From Candidatus Atabeyarchaeum deiterrae (GTDB taxonomy: Archaea; Asgardarchaeota; Atabeyarchaeia; Atabeyarchaeales; Atabeyarchaeaceae): 64,000 bases of DNA. Shown here one piece after another: positions 47,220-56,826 of the stretch; positions within the stretch are counted from its first letter, which is position 1, and the number at the start of each line of letters is the position of its first letter. The notes below the pieces were generated by a model that saw only the letters and a list, made by a program, of their open reading frames with translations, ran no database searches and had not been told where the DNA came from. The translations under genes and the position numbers were made by a program. The stretch spans positions 1,376,001 through 1,440,000 of the forward strand of contig CP147780.1 of NCBI GenBank assembly GCA_037310415.1. Direction: 5' to 3'.

Positions 47220-48065
47220 ATGTCGTCAAATGTTGAGAAACCCAAAGTTGGTGTATTCAAGCTCTCAAGTTGTGCTGGTTGCCAAATGGTGTTGATATAC
47301 CACCACGACTTCCTACCAGAAATACTCGGCGCAGTTGACATTAAGAACTTCAAGATGGCCAGACGTGATAATGATCCTGAAGCGAAATTCGACCTGGTGT
47401 TGTTCGAGGGAGCGGTGACGGAGCCCGAACACGTGAAATTGCTCAAGGAAATCAGACCTAGAACAAAGCTTCTCGTCGCGATGGGCGCGTGCGCCTGCGA
47501 CGGCGGAGTAGTTACACTGAAGAACACCGTGCCAGAGTGCCAAGTTGAGTCAGCCGTATACACCGATACTTCCAAGTTCACTTCGATGAAAGCACAGCCA
47601 ATTGACGAATTCGTCAGAGTTGATGCATATGCGAGAGGCTGCCCGGTAGATGGCGGCGAACTCTTAGAGCTCCTCAAGTCTGCCTTAATTGGTAGGAAAC
47701 CCAACTTGACGAACTACAGTGTTTGCATGGAGTGCAAGATGAACGAGAACCCTTGCCGATTTATCAACAACAAAGAGCCATGTATGGGAACGATCACTAG
47801 AGGCGGTTGCGGATCGCTATGTCCAAGTAATGATCGCCCTTGCAGAGGATGCAGAGGACCGACAACTGACGCCAATATTATCTCTTATGCTCGTCTGGCG
47901 CTCGACCGCGATTTACCTGGGCATGATGAACTAATCAAGAAGCGGGAACTAGCAGAGTTCACGCCAAGCAGCGTGTTCCCACAGGGACGCAATGTCATCA
48001 AGGCAGCAGAGGTCGCTATACAGTCTGCCCAGCCTAGCAGCAAGAAAGGAGGTAGCTCTCAATGA
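47220..48065 (+). CDS. hydD: Group 3b hydrogenase small (delta) subunit
   Basis: SSCAGC, EGAV, GACA..GG, GCP, C-terminal Cys clusters; ATG 47220 after GGAGG. Confidence 0.9.
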   Translation: MSSNVEKPKVGVFKLSSCAGCQMVLIYHHDFLPEILGAVDIKNFKMARRDNDPEAKFDLVLFEGAVTEPEHVKLLKEIRPRTKLLVAMGACACDGGVVTLKNTVPECQVESAVYTDTSKFTSMKAQPIDEFVRVDAYARGCPVDGGELLELLKSALIGRKPNLTNYSVCMECKMNENPCRFINNKEPCMGTITRGGCGSLCPSNDRPCRGCRGPTTDANIISYARLALDRDLPGHDELIKKRELAEFTPSSVFPQGRNVIKAAEVAIQSAQPSSKKGGSSQ

Positions 48066-49357
48066 AAAGTGAAGAGAAGACAGTCTTCGTTGATTATATC
48101 GCAAGAGTTGAAGGAGAAAGCCTGATTGATGTCAAGGTGGAGAATGGTGAAATCAAGGAGCTCAAACTTAACATCTGGGAACCCCCACGATTCTTTGAAG
48201 GTTTTCTCGTAGGGTGCAAGCATACCGACGTTGCTGAAATCGTCTCAAAGATTTGCGGGATCTGCCCTGTTGCCCACATGCTAACGGCCCAGAGAGCTAT
48301 TGAGAGCGCAATGAACTTCACTCCGACACAGCAGGCAAAACGTTTACGCGATCTGCTAGCGTGGAGTCAAAACCTCTCAAGCCATGTTCTACATGTGTAC
48401 TTCCTAGCGGCGCCAGATTTCCTGGGCTACGACAGTGCGATCACAATGCTGCCGAAGTATGGCGATGTAGTAAAGAGAGCACTCAAAATGAAGAAGGTAG
48501 CCAACGAGCTTACCACCGTAGTCGGCGGAAGGGCAATCGCTCCACCAGCAGCAATTCTGGGAGGTTTCTCAAAACTTCCGTCAGCAGATGCCCTAAAGAG
48601 AAGCAAAGAACAGCTTCAAGGAATAAAGAAAGACGCAATCGACACAGTCAAGCTGGTGGCTCAGCTTGAGATCCCGGATTTTGAGAGAGAAACTGAATAC
48701 GTTGCAATCAGAGGAGAGAAAGAATACGCTATCAACGAAGGATACCTATATTCAAGCAAAGGAATCAAGGTGCCTGAACGCGAATATCGCAAATACATAA
48801 GCGAAGTTCAATCACCCCACTCAAATGCAAAGTGGAGCAAAGTCATCGGGCGCGAGTCATTCCAAGTCGGGGCACTTGCAAGAGTGAATTTGAACCAAGA
48901 CCAGCTTTCAGATGACTCCAAAACAGCCATCGAGGAAAATGGATTCAAGTTCCCGACAGACAATACATTCGCAATAAACATCGCTCAAGCTGTCGAGATA
49001 ATCCAGAGTATAGATGCATGCATCAACATAATTGACGAGATACTTCCTTTGAAGGATGATAAACCAAATGTCCCAGTAGCAGCCGGAGAAGCATATGCGC
49101 TCACAGAAGCACCTCGTGGACTCCTCGCTCATGGCTACAGAATCAACAAGAAGGGCTACGTCGAGAAGGCTGACATAGTCACTCCAACGGCGCACAACCA
49201 ACTGAACATAGAGAACGACCTCAAGGCACTTGTGATGAAGTACATCGACATGCCAACTGATAAACTAACCTTCCTTTGCGAGCAGCTGATCAGGGCGTAT
49301 GATCCGTGCTTCTCCTGCTCGGTTCACGCACTAAAAGTGAAAATCAGGAAACACTAG
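48062..49357 (+). CDS. hydA: Group 3b hydrogenase large (alpha) subunit
   Basis: RVEGE, L1 KICGIC..H, EAPRG, L2 DPCFSCSVH with a C-terminal extension. Confidence 0.93.
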   Translation: MKSEEKTVFVDYIARVEGESLIDVKVENGEIKELKLNIWEPPRFFEGFLVGCKHTDVAEIVSKICGICPVAHMLTAQRAIESAMNFTPTQQAKRLRDLLAWSQNLSSHVLHVYFLAAPDFLGYDSAITMLPKYGDVVKRALKMKKVANELTTVVGGRAIAPPAAILGGFSKLPSADALKRSKEQLQGIKKDAIDTVKLVAQLEIPDFERETEYVAIRGEKEYAINEGYLYSSKGIKVPEREYRKYISEVQSPHSNAKWSKVIGRESFQVGALARVNLNQDQLSDDSKTAIEENGFKFPTDNTFAINIAQAVEIIQSIDACINIIDEILPLKDDKPNVPVAAGEAYALTEAPRGLLAHGYRINKKGYVEKADIVTPTAHNQLNIENDLKALVMKYIDMPTDKLTFLCEQLIRAYDPCFSCSVHALKVKIRKH

Positions 49358-49395
49358 GCGCTGAACATTACCGGACATCAGAAAAAGCAGTAGCT

Positions 49396-49824
49396 TCATG
49401 CGGGTTCAGCATCTTGCCCATTTCTCTTTCCCTTTCTTCTTGTTTTGGTATCTTCCTTCATGTTGGCTATTCTCTGTTTTAGATCGGTCACGACATCGTT
49501 TCTGATCTGCTTTACTTCAGTCGCTACTCCCTGACCGAATTCCTTGACTTCCGACACGACTTCTTGATTGAAAGACTTTCTAAAGTTCCTGATTTCTGCA
49601 TCAAGCTGTTTCTTACGCTGCAGTTCCTTGTCTTCCTTTGGTTCCTCATGGAATGCCGCCTTGAGTTTCTCTGCAAGTTCGATCGATTCATTACTTGCAT
49701 GCCCAGAAACATGCTCTTCATTGTGTTCAATTTGCTTCTTCCTTAGTTGAGCACTTTGTTTCCTAATAGTCTCCCGATTTGAAGGTGTGTCAGTCTTCAG
49801 CCTGTGTTTGTCCTTCAAGCCCAA
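49396..49824 (-). CDS. Charged helical hypothetical protein with 11-residue repeats
   Basis: EVKEFGQGVAT / EVKQIRNDVVT / DLKQRIANMKE. Confidence 0.55.
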   Translation of the reverse strand: MGLKDKHRLKTDTPSNRETIRKQSAQLRKKQIEHNEEHVSGHASNESIELAEKLKAAFHEEPKEDKELQRKKQLDAEIRNFRKSFNQEVVSEVKEFGQGVATEVKQIRNDVVTDLKQRIANMKEDTKTRRKGKRNGQDAEPA

Positions 49825-50134
49825 TTCCTCTCTTTGCTTATTGACATTTCCCTTTTCATTTTTCAGACCTGTTCACCAACATGAATGTGATTACCTTTCA
49901 GCGTGTAAAACTATGCATTAGTGGAATTACGTCTTCAATCAACAATCCGTCTGGTCACTTCTTTAACCCACGGAATATAATAGTTTATTGCATCTTGTAA
50001 TCTGTGCTTCACACCCTTGCACAAGCTTCGCAATTACTTGCCATTGTAAGAGAATCGCTTGGTCTTTGACGCCCTGATTGGACTGGGCAATGTAGTGACT
50101 ACCGTTGCAGAGAAAGAATCGATTTCGTCGTCAC

Positions 50135-53062
50135 TCAGGACCCAGTTCTTCGAAGTGGGCTGCTGACTTGGAAATCAATTTTCTCGCTTTTTTGGATAGT
50201 CTCGCCTGTTTCGTCGTCCTCGATTTTCAGTACCTTTGCGAGAAATTGTCCAGTATATGATTTTGGCACTTTGCTGACTTCTTCAGGAGTTCCTTCAGCA
50301 ACGATCCTTCCCCCTTCGTCTCCTCCTTCCGGACCAAGGTCAATTAGCCAATCGGCTGTCTTGATTACGTCTGGGTTATGCTCGATCACGATTACAGTGT
50401 TCCCAGCATCAGTCAGTCTGCTCAGAACATCTAGGAGTTTCTGTATGTCAGCGAAGTGCAGTCCTGTGGTCGGTTCGTCAAGAATGTAGAGTGTTCTTCC
50501 TGTGGCCTTCCTACTAAGCTCTGTGGAGAGCTTTACTCGTTGTGCTTCCCCACCTGACAGCGTGGTTGCTGGTTGACCGAGCTGAATATACCCCAGTCCA
50601 ACGTCGGCGATTGTTTGAATTATCCTTTTGATAATAGGTATGTTCTCGAAGAATTCGAGCGCCTCGTCTATCGTCATCGATAGGACATCTGTTATACTCT
50701 TCCCGTTATACGTGATCTCAAGTGTCTCTTGGTTGTACCTCTTTCCCTTACACACCTCACAGGGCACGTACACATCCGGTAGAAACTGCATCTCCAACTT
50801 GATTATGCCATCACCGCTACAAGCCTCGCATCTTCCACCGCTTACATTGAAGCTGAATCTACCGGGCTTATACCCCCTCGCCCTCGCCTCGGGGAGTTTT
50901 GAGAAGAGGCTCCGTATGTGAGTGAAGACGCCCGTGTAGGTAGCGGGATTTGAACGGGGAGTTCTCCCAATTGGTGACTGGTCTATCATCACAACCTTGT
51001 CAATGTTTTCGACTCCGTCGATCCCATCATGGGCGCCCGGTTTTTCTCTTGCTCCATGTAAGGTTCTAGCCAATGCTTTGTAGAGGATGTCGTCAAGCAG
51101 TGTGCTCTTACCGGAGCCGGATACTCCTGTGATACATGTGAACAGTCCTAAAGGTATTCTTACTTCTATGTCTTTCAGGTTGTTTTCTTTAGCTCCCCTA
51201 ACGATTATGCTGTGACCGTTTCCTTGCCTCCTTTGCACGGGAACAGGGATCTTCTTTCTGCCGCTGAGGTATTGGCCTGTTATCGATTCCCCACACTTCA
51301 TTATGTCTTCCATTTTACCAGACGCTACTAAGAAGCCACCGTGAACCCCTGCGCCTGGTCCAAGGTCCACGATCCAGTCTGCTGACCTGATTGTCTGCTC
51401 ATCATGTTCGACGACTATCACCGTGTTTCCGAGGTCTCTGAGCCTCTTCAAGGTCCCTATCATCCTCTTGAGATCTCTTTGGTGCAAACCAATGGATGGT
51501 TCATCAAGGATGTATAGAACGCCTACTAATGATGTTCCAATTTGTGTTGCAAGCTGTGTTCGTTGTGCTTCCCCACCTGACAATGTGCTTGTTGCTCTGT
51601 CAAGTGTTATGTAGTCAAGTCCGACGTCAAGGAGGAATTTGAGGCGGCTCGTTATCTCTTTGAGGACTTGGCGTGCTATTAGCTGTTCTCTCTCGGTGAG
51701 CTGGAGACTGTCGAAGAACTTCACTGCTTGAGATACTGACATCTTCGTCATGTCCGCTATAGATCTGTCTGCTATTTTGACAGCTAGGGACTCTGGTCGT
51801 AGTCTGTTCCCGTTGCAGGCAGGACACTTCTTGACTGACATGAACTTCTGATACCATGCACGCATTTCTTCAGACTTGGTTTCGATGAACCTGCGTTCGA
51901 GGTTGCGTATAACACCATGAGTTGGGCGTTCATGTTCGTAGAGCACTTTCCTGCTCTCATCTTGATAGCGGAACTTGATCTTCTCATCCCCAGATCCGTA
52001 TAGGATCACGTTGAGTTGGCTTTCTTTTAGTTCCCTTATTGGTGCATCTAGTGAGAAGCCATAGTGGTGCGCAATGCTCTTCATAGACTGCATCCACCAT
52101 GAGTCCGTTTCCTTGCTCATTGGTTCTATGGCTCCTTCGGCTATGGACTTGGATCTGTCTGGTATCACAAGGTCAGGGTCGATGTTCATTTTGACTCCGA
52201 GCCCGCTGCATTCTCTGCAGGCGCCAAAGGGCGAGTTGAATGAGAAGTTTCTTGGATTCAACTCACCGTAACTCACCCCACAATCGGGGCACGCCAGTTG
52301 CTCGCTAAAGAGCTGGTCTTCTCCTTCTTCTCCATCTCCCTTCATGACTTTCAGAATGACGAGTCCTTCACTCAGTTTGAGCGAAGTCTGAACTGAATCT
52401 GCTATTCTCGTTCTGGTTCCCTCTTTTACTGATAGCCTGTCTACAACCACTTCTATTGAGTGTTTTTTCTTCTTGTCGAGAGGATCCACATCTGAGATTT
52501 CCTTCGTCTGACCATCTACGCGAACCCTTACAAACCCTTGGCTTCTGAGTTTCTCCAAGGTGTCCTTATGTTCCCCCTTTCTTCCTCTGACAATTGGTGC
52601 TAGTATCTGTATCCTAGTTCCAATCTTGAGTTTCATGACTTGGTCGACGATCTGGTCAACTGTTTGCCTTTTGATTTCCTTGCCACACTTGTAACAATGC
52701 GGGACACCTATCCTTGCAAATAGCAGTCTCAGGTAGTCATGTATCTCAGTGACAGTGGCAACGGTCGAACGAGGGTTTCTGCTGGCTGTTCTCTGCTCGA
52801 TACATATCGCGGGTGACAGACCCTCGATGTAATCCACATCAGGCTTATTCATCTGCTCAAGAAACTGCCTCGCGTATGCTGACAGCGACTCTATGTATCT
52901 TCTTTGTCCTTCTGCGTAGAGAGTGTCGAACGCCAAGGAGGACTTGCCACTACCACTTACCCCAGTTACGACAACCAGTTTGTCACGAGGGATCTCTATG
53001 TTAACGTCTTTCAAGTTGTTCTGCCTAGCTCCTTTGATAATGATGTGACGCACGTCTGCCAT
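50135..53062 (-). CDS. uvrA: Excinuclease ABC subunit A
   Basis: Two Walker A (GVSGSGKS), two LSGGE, zinc fingers; ATG 53062 after GGGGAG. Confidence 0.97.
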   Translation of the reverse strand: MADVRHIIIKGARQNNLKDVNIEIPRDKLVVVTGVSGSGKSSLAFDTLYAEGQRRYIESLSAYARQFLEQMNKPDVDYIEGLSPAICIEQRTASRNPRSTVATVTEIHDYLRLLFARIGVPHCYKCGKEIKRQTVDQIVDQVMKLKIGTRIQILAPIVRGRKGEHKDTLEKLRSQGFVRVRVDGQTKEISDVDPLDKKKKHSIEVVVDRLSVKEGTRTRIADSVQTSLKLSEGLVILKVMKGDGEEGEDQLFSEQLACPDCGVSYGELNPRNFSFNSPFGACRECSGLGVKMNIDPDLVIPDRSKSIAEGAIEPMSKETDSWWMQSMKSIAHHYGFSLDAPIRELKESQLNVILYGSGDEKIKFRYQDESRKVLYEHERPTHGVIRNLERRFIETKSEEMRAWYQKFMSVKKCPACNGNRLRPESLAVKIADRSIADMTKMSVSQAVKFFDSLQLTEREQLIARQVLKEITSRLKFLLDVGLDYITLDRATSTLSGGEAQRTQLATQIGTSLVGVLYILDEPSIGLHQRDLKRMIGTLKRLRDLGNTVIVVEHDEQTIRSADWIVDLGPGAGVHGGFLVASGKMEDIMKCGESITGQYLSGRKKIPVPVQRRQGNGHSIIVRGAKENNLKDIEVRIPLGLFTCITGVSGSGKSTLLDDILYKALARTLHGAREKPGAHDGIDGVENIDKVVMIDQSPIGRTPRSNPATYTGVFTHIRSLFSKLPEARARGYKPGRFSFNVSGGRCEACSGDGIIKLEMQFLPDVYVPCEVCKGKRYNQETLEITYNGKSITDVLSMTIDEALEFFENIPIIKRIIQTIADVGLGYIQLGQPATTLSGGEAQRVKLSTELSRKATGRTLYILDEPTTGLHFADIQKLLDVLSRLTDAGNTVIVIEHNPDVIKTADWLIDLGPEGGDEGGRIVAEGTPEEVSKVPKSYTGQFLAKVLKIEDDETGETIQKSEKIDFQVSSPLRRTGS

Positions 53063-53322
53063 GTTACTCCCCACGCCAGCTTGAAAGGAGTCATTTGAAC
53101 TTGATTCGCTTGAGAAGAAACGATCAGCTTGACATATATTTAAGTCATCCATTCACGAAGCACGGAATCGATTTCATGTGCAGTGATTATGAAAAACGGG
53201 CATACTTATTCAACTGTAATCCGAATGTAAAACAACTGTGCGAAGAAAAATAGGAAAACAAGGATTTAAAAAGAGATGACTTGGTGGCAAATGAGGCAGA
53301 GAGTGCCTTGTGGAGATGTCCT

Positions 53323-54219
53323 CTACTCGAGAGGGTTCAAGCATCTGTAACATTGCTTCGAACCTGCCTTGTTCTCAACGCCACACATCGGGCATATTAT
53401 CTTGGCTTCTACAACAGAGCTAGAGCCACCTTCAACTGCGTCGGATGGAACAGCAGGTAGCGAAGAAACCCCCGACGTTTTCGTGGACGGTGGTGCGGTC
53501 TTTGCTGCAATAGAAGATGATTGGATGGGTCTGCTGAAAAGAGTCGGAGCTGACACAGATGGAGTACCTACTGATGGTGTCAACTCAGGTCGTCCCTTGT
53601 TTATATCGGCTTGATTCCAGGGTTCAGTTTGCTTACCTTGCCAATTCAATATCCCTGTGACTATTCTATTTGCAATGTTGAATATGTCTTCGATAACCTT
53701 CTTTGGTGTCGCCTTCATTTGCTGGAGGGCTTCGCGCCAGTCTTTCTCAAGTTTCTTCACGGAGATCTCTACCCTGCTTCCGCCTTCCTTTGGAACTACC
53801 TCTATCTTCTTGTTTGTTCTCATGATACCTCCATTGTAGAGGTCACTGATCCACGCTTTCAACTCCTCATCGAGGTCGACGAGTTCTCCCATGTTACCCC
53901 ATTTTCCTTCTGCTTTGGTCACTATGCGACCGTTGTTGAACTCCACCTTGAGTTCATAGTTGGGATCCGCTGGAGGTCTGAAGTAGAAGAAGACGTGGAT
54001 GTTTTGATCGCCTTCGATGAAGGAAGCGCTGTCGATCAAGCAATTCTTCAACTTGAACCTGACTTTGTCTTTGCCAACGATAAACTGAGGAAGATAGGAA
54101 GCAAGCAATTCATCTACCATGACCGATCTACGCAACTTGCCAGCAAGAAAACTGTCAATAGATGACTCCGTACATTGTCCCTCCATTATATTTAACGAAC
54201 AACGCTTAGCAATAGTCAC
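53323..54219 (-). CDS. Hypothetical protein with low-complexity linker and C-terminal zinc ribbon
   Basis: P/S/T-rich stretch followed by CPMCG..N......CYRC. Confidence 0.7.
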   Translation of the reverse strand: MTIAKRCSLNIMEGQCTESSIDSFLAGKLRRSVMVDELLASYLPQFIVGKDKVRFKLKNCLIDSASFIEGDQNIHVFFYFRPPADPNYELKVEFNNGRIVTKAEGKWGNMGELVDLDEELKAWISDLYNGGIMRTNKKIEVVPKEGGSRVEISVKKLEKDWREALQQMKATPKKVIEDIFNIANRIVTGILNWQGKQTEPWNQADINKGRPELTPSVGTPSVSAPTLFSRPIQSSSIAAKTAPPSTKTSGVSSLPAVPSDAVEGGSSSVVEAKIICPMCGVENKAGSKQCYRCLNPLE

Positions 54220-54537
54220 TTCTCATTCTTCTTAAATTAATCGCATCACGAATTGCCAGATCTGCCTAAGGTAGCGATGGCCATATGGCTTTTGCCGGCG
54301 AAGCTCTAATGGTTCGCCTCAAATAAGAAAAGATGTTGTTTTGCTTCTAAAGCTTTACCTTTATCTCCTTTGCCCTTTCTAGTTTGAGTCGAGAAGGTCG
54401 CAACGTTCAGAGTCTTTGGGCATACAGATAAAGTTAAAGGGATCAATGCCTCTAAGCGACACAACGAAGAATCAGGACCATCGCTGCTAACCAGCACGGA
54501 TTGCATTTTCCACCTTTGCTAAAAGGAGTGGTAAGCA

Positions 54538-55851
54538 TTGAAGGAATCTGTCAACCAGATCAGTCTTTCTACGGAAGAACTCCCCAGGAAATGGTATAAC
54601 ATAATCCCAGATTTGCCTGAGCCTTTGCCTCCACCGCAAGAACCCAACGACGGTGTCTCCCGCTTAGACTTACTGAAAAGAATCATGGTTGGAGCATGTC
54701 TCGGGCAGGAATTCTCTACTGATCGTTGGATAGATATCCCTGATGAGATCGTAGAGCTGTATTTGCAGGCCGGTCGGCCGAGGCCGCTCCACAGAGCTAG
54801 GAGACTTGAACGCTACCTCAAACTACCAGAGAACAAAGTCAGACTCTACTACAAACGAGAAGACTTGAGTCCGACAGGTTCACACAAAGTCAACACGGCG
54901 CTGGCGCAGGCATTCTACGCTGCGAAGGAAGGTTATGAAAGAGTCGCCACGGAAACGGGCGCAGGACAATGGGGAAGCGCCCTATCATATGCATCAAGCC
55001 TAGTCGGTCTTAAATGCGAGGTCTTTTGGGTAAGGTTTGCACATGACTGGAAGCCAGACAGACGAGTACTGATGAATCTGTACGGCGCAGAAGTCTTTGC
55101 ATCTCCGAGCAAAGAAACAGAGTTCGGAAGAAAAATGCTAGGCAAAAATCCTAAGCACCCTGGCAACCTCGGCATCGCGATAAGCGAAGGTATGGAGTAC
55201 GCTATGAACCACAAGAAAACAGTATACTGTTTGGGTTCAGTACTGAACCACGTACTAATGCATCAATCAATAATAGGCTTGGAAGTAATGAAGCAATTCG
55301 AGAAGGTGGACGATTGGCCTGACCTGATGATCTCATGCTTGGGTGGCGGAAGCAATTTTGGAGGGTTCACGCTTCCGATAATCGGCGAAGTTATCAAAAA
55401 GAAGCGGGAAACAAAGTTCCTCGCTGCGCAGACCGAAGCCTCGCCGAGCTTGATAAAGGGCGAATATAAGTACGATTTCGCTGACCCTGCCCACCACACA
55501 CCACTGCTTAAGATGTATTCGCTTGGGCCTGATACTGAGTTGCCATCTGTGTACGCGGAAGGACTCCGCTATTCGGCAGCATCCCCAATTCTAAGCCTCC
55601 TCAAAAACAGAAAGTATATTGATGCAATGGCATACCCAACAGACGAAAAACGCGTTTTCGAGAATGCTAGGATCTTTGTTTCCACAGAGGGATACCTTCC
55701 GGCACCAGAGTCCGCTTATGGGGTGGCTTGCGCTATCGATGAAGCTCTCAAGGCGAAAAGAAATAACGAGGAGAAGTGCATAGCATTCAACGTGTCAGGG
55801 CATGGGTTCCTTGATCTACCTGCCTATCAGAAAGTGCTCGGAATAAAGTGA
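54538..55851 (+). CDS. trpB2: TrpB2-type tryptophan synthase beta-like PLP enzyme
   Basis: WYNI, GSHKVN, TETGAGQWG, GGGSN, APES, SGHG. Confidence 0.9.
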   Translation: MKESVNQISLSTEELPRKWYNIIPDLPEPLPPPQEPNDGVSRLDLLKRIMVGACLGQEFSTDRWIDIPDEIVELYLQAGRPRPLHRARRLERYLKLPENKVRLYYKREDLSPTGSHKVNTALAQAFYAAKEGYERVATETGAGQWGSALSYASSLVGLKCEVFWVRFAHDWKPDRRVLMNLYGAEVFASPSKETEFGRKMLGKNPKHPGNLGIAISEGMEYAMNHKKTVYCLGSVLNHVLMHQSIIGLEVMKQFEKVDDWPDLMISCLGGGSNFGGFTLPIIGEVIKKKRETKFLAAQTEASPSLIKGEYKYDFADPAHHTPLLKMYSLGPDTELPSVYAEGLRYSAASPILSLLKNRKYIDAMAYPTDEKRVFENARIFVSTEGYLPAPESAYGVACAIDEALKAKRNNEEKCIAFNVSGHGFLDLPAYQKVLGIK

Positions 55852-55965
55852 ACTGGCATCAACCTCGACTCCCACTTTCTTTCTCTTTCCTAAGATAAGT
55901 TATAATCTCTTGTTCCCCACTAGTCAGTATGATTGATGCATATCCCCGCAATATGAGGAACGGCT

Positions 55966-56796
55966 ATGCCTGAACTTCCTGATTTGGAATATATCAGAGA
56001 GTTTCTCTCCTCAAGGGTAATTGGCGTGGCAATTGCTGAACTCAGAGTCTTGGGGCCTATCGTGGTAAGATCCAGTGACCCAGGCAGGTTTTCGAACATT
56101 ATGAGAGGCAAGAGATTCAAGGAAGTGAGGCGGCGCGGAAAATTCCTTATTTTCTCCTTTGACTCGGGTGCGCTGGTGGTCATCAACTCAATGCTTTCGG
56201 GTCGATTACATTACAATAAGATAGGAGAGAGCGGCAAAGGCAAGTTTTTCCTCTCGATTACCTTGGAGAATGGAAAGGAGATTAAATACTCCGATGAGAC
56301 GTCAATGGGGCAAATCTACTTTCTTGAGAATGAGAAGGAATTGGACAAGGTCCCCAAGTTTACCAAACTCGGGGTTGAAGCAATTGACCCAAATCTCTCG
56401 GTTGAGAAGTTCAGCAAACTGATAAGGCATTTTCCATGGGAAGCGAAAAACGTACTAACATACCAGACATTCGTAGCAGGTATAGGAAACGCCTACGCAG
56501 ACGAGATTCTATTAGACGCACACATCAGTCCATTCAAGAAATGCAACACACTATCCGAAGAGGAAAGGACAAGACTCTACCACTCAATGAGAAAAGTGCT
56601 GACCGTAGCCATCGAGACTCTGAGAGAAAGAGTCGGTGAAAACATTCACATTGAGATCAGAAACTTCTTGAAGATACACAACAAAGGAGGGCAACCGTGT
56701 CCAATATGTGGCACAAAAATATCAGAGGTCAGTACAGAGGGACGAAAAACCAGCTTCTGTCGGAAATGTCAACCAGGAACCCTATTTGGGAACTAG
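55966..56796 (+). CDS. Fpg/Nei-family DNA glycosylase
   Basis: N-terminal PELPD, RRGKF, GIGNAYADE (H2TH), CPICG..CRKCQ. Confidence 0.92.
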   Translation: MPELPDLEYIREFLSSRVIGVAIAELRVLGPIVVRSSDPGRFSNIMRGKRFKEVRRRGKFLIFSFDSGALVVINSMLSGRLHYNKIGESGKGKFFLSITLENGKEIKYSDETSMGQIYFLENEKELDKVPKFTKLGVEAIDPNLSVEKFSKLIRHFPWEAKNVLTYQTFVAGIGNAYADEILLDAHISPFKKCNTLSEEERTRLYHSMRKVLTVAIETLRERVGENIHIEIRNFLKIHNKGGQPCPICGTKISEVSTEGRKTSFCRKCQPGTLFGN

Positions 56797-56826
56797 TGTT
56801 GTCTCTCCATTATCCAGAACATGAAT

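Noticed and set aside
54277-54309. Trp attenuator leader (MAIWLLPAKL) upstream of trpB2
   Set aside because: A single Trp codon, about 230 nt from the gene, and no clear terminator/antiterminator pair.
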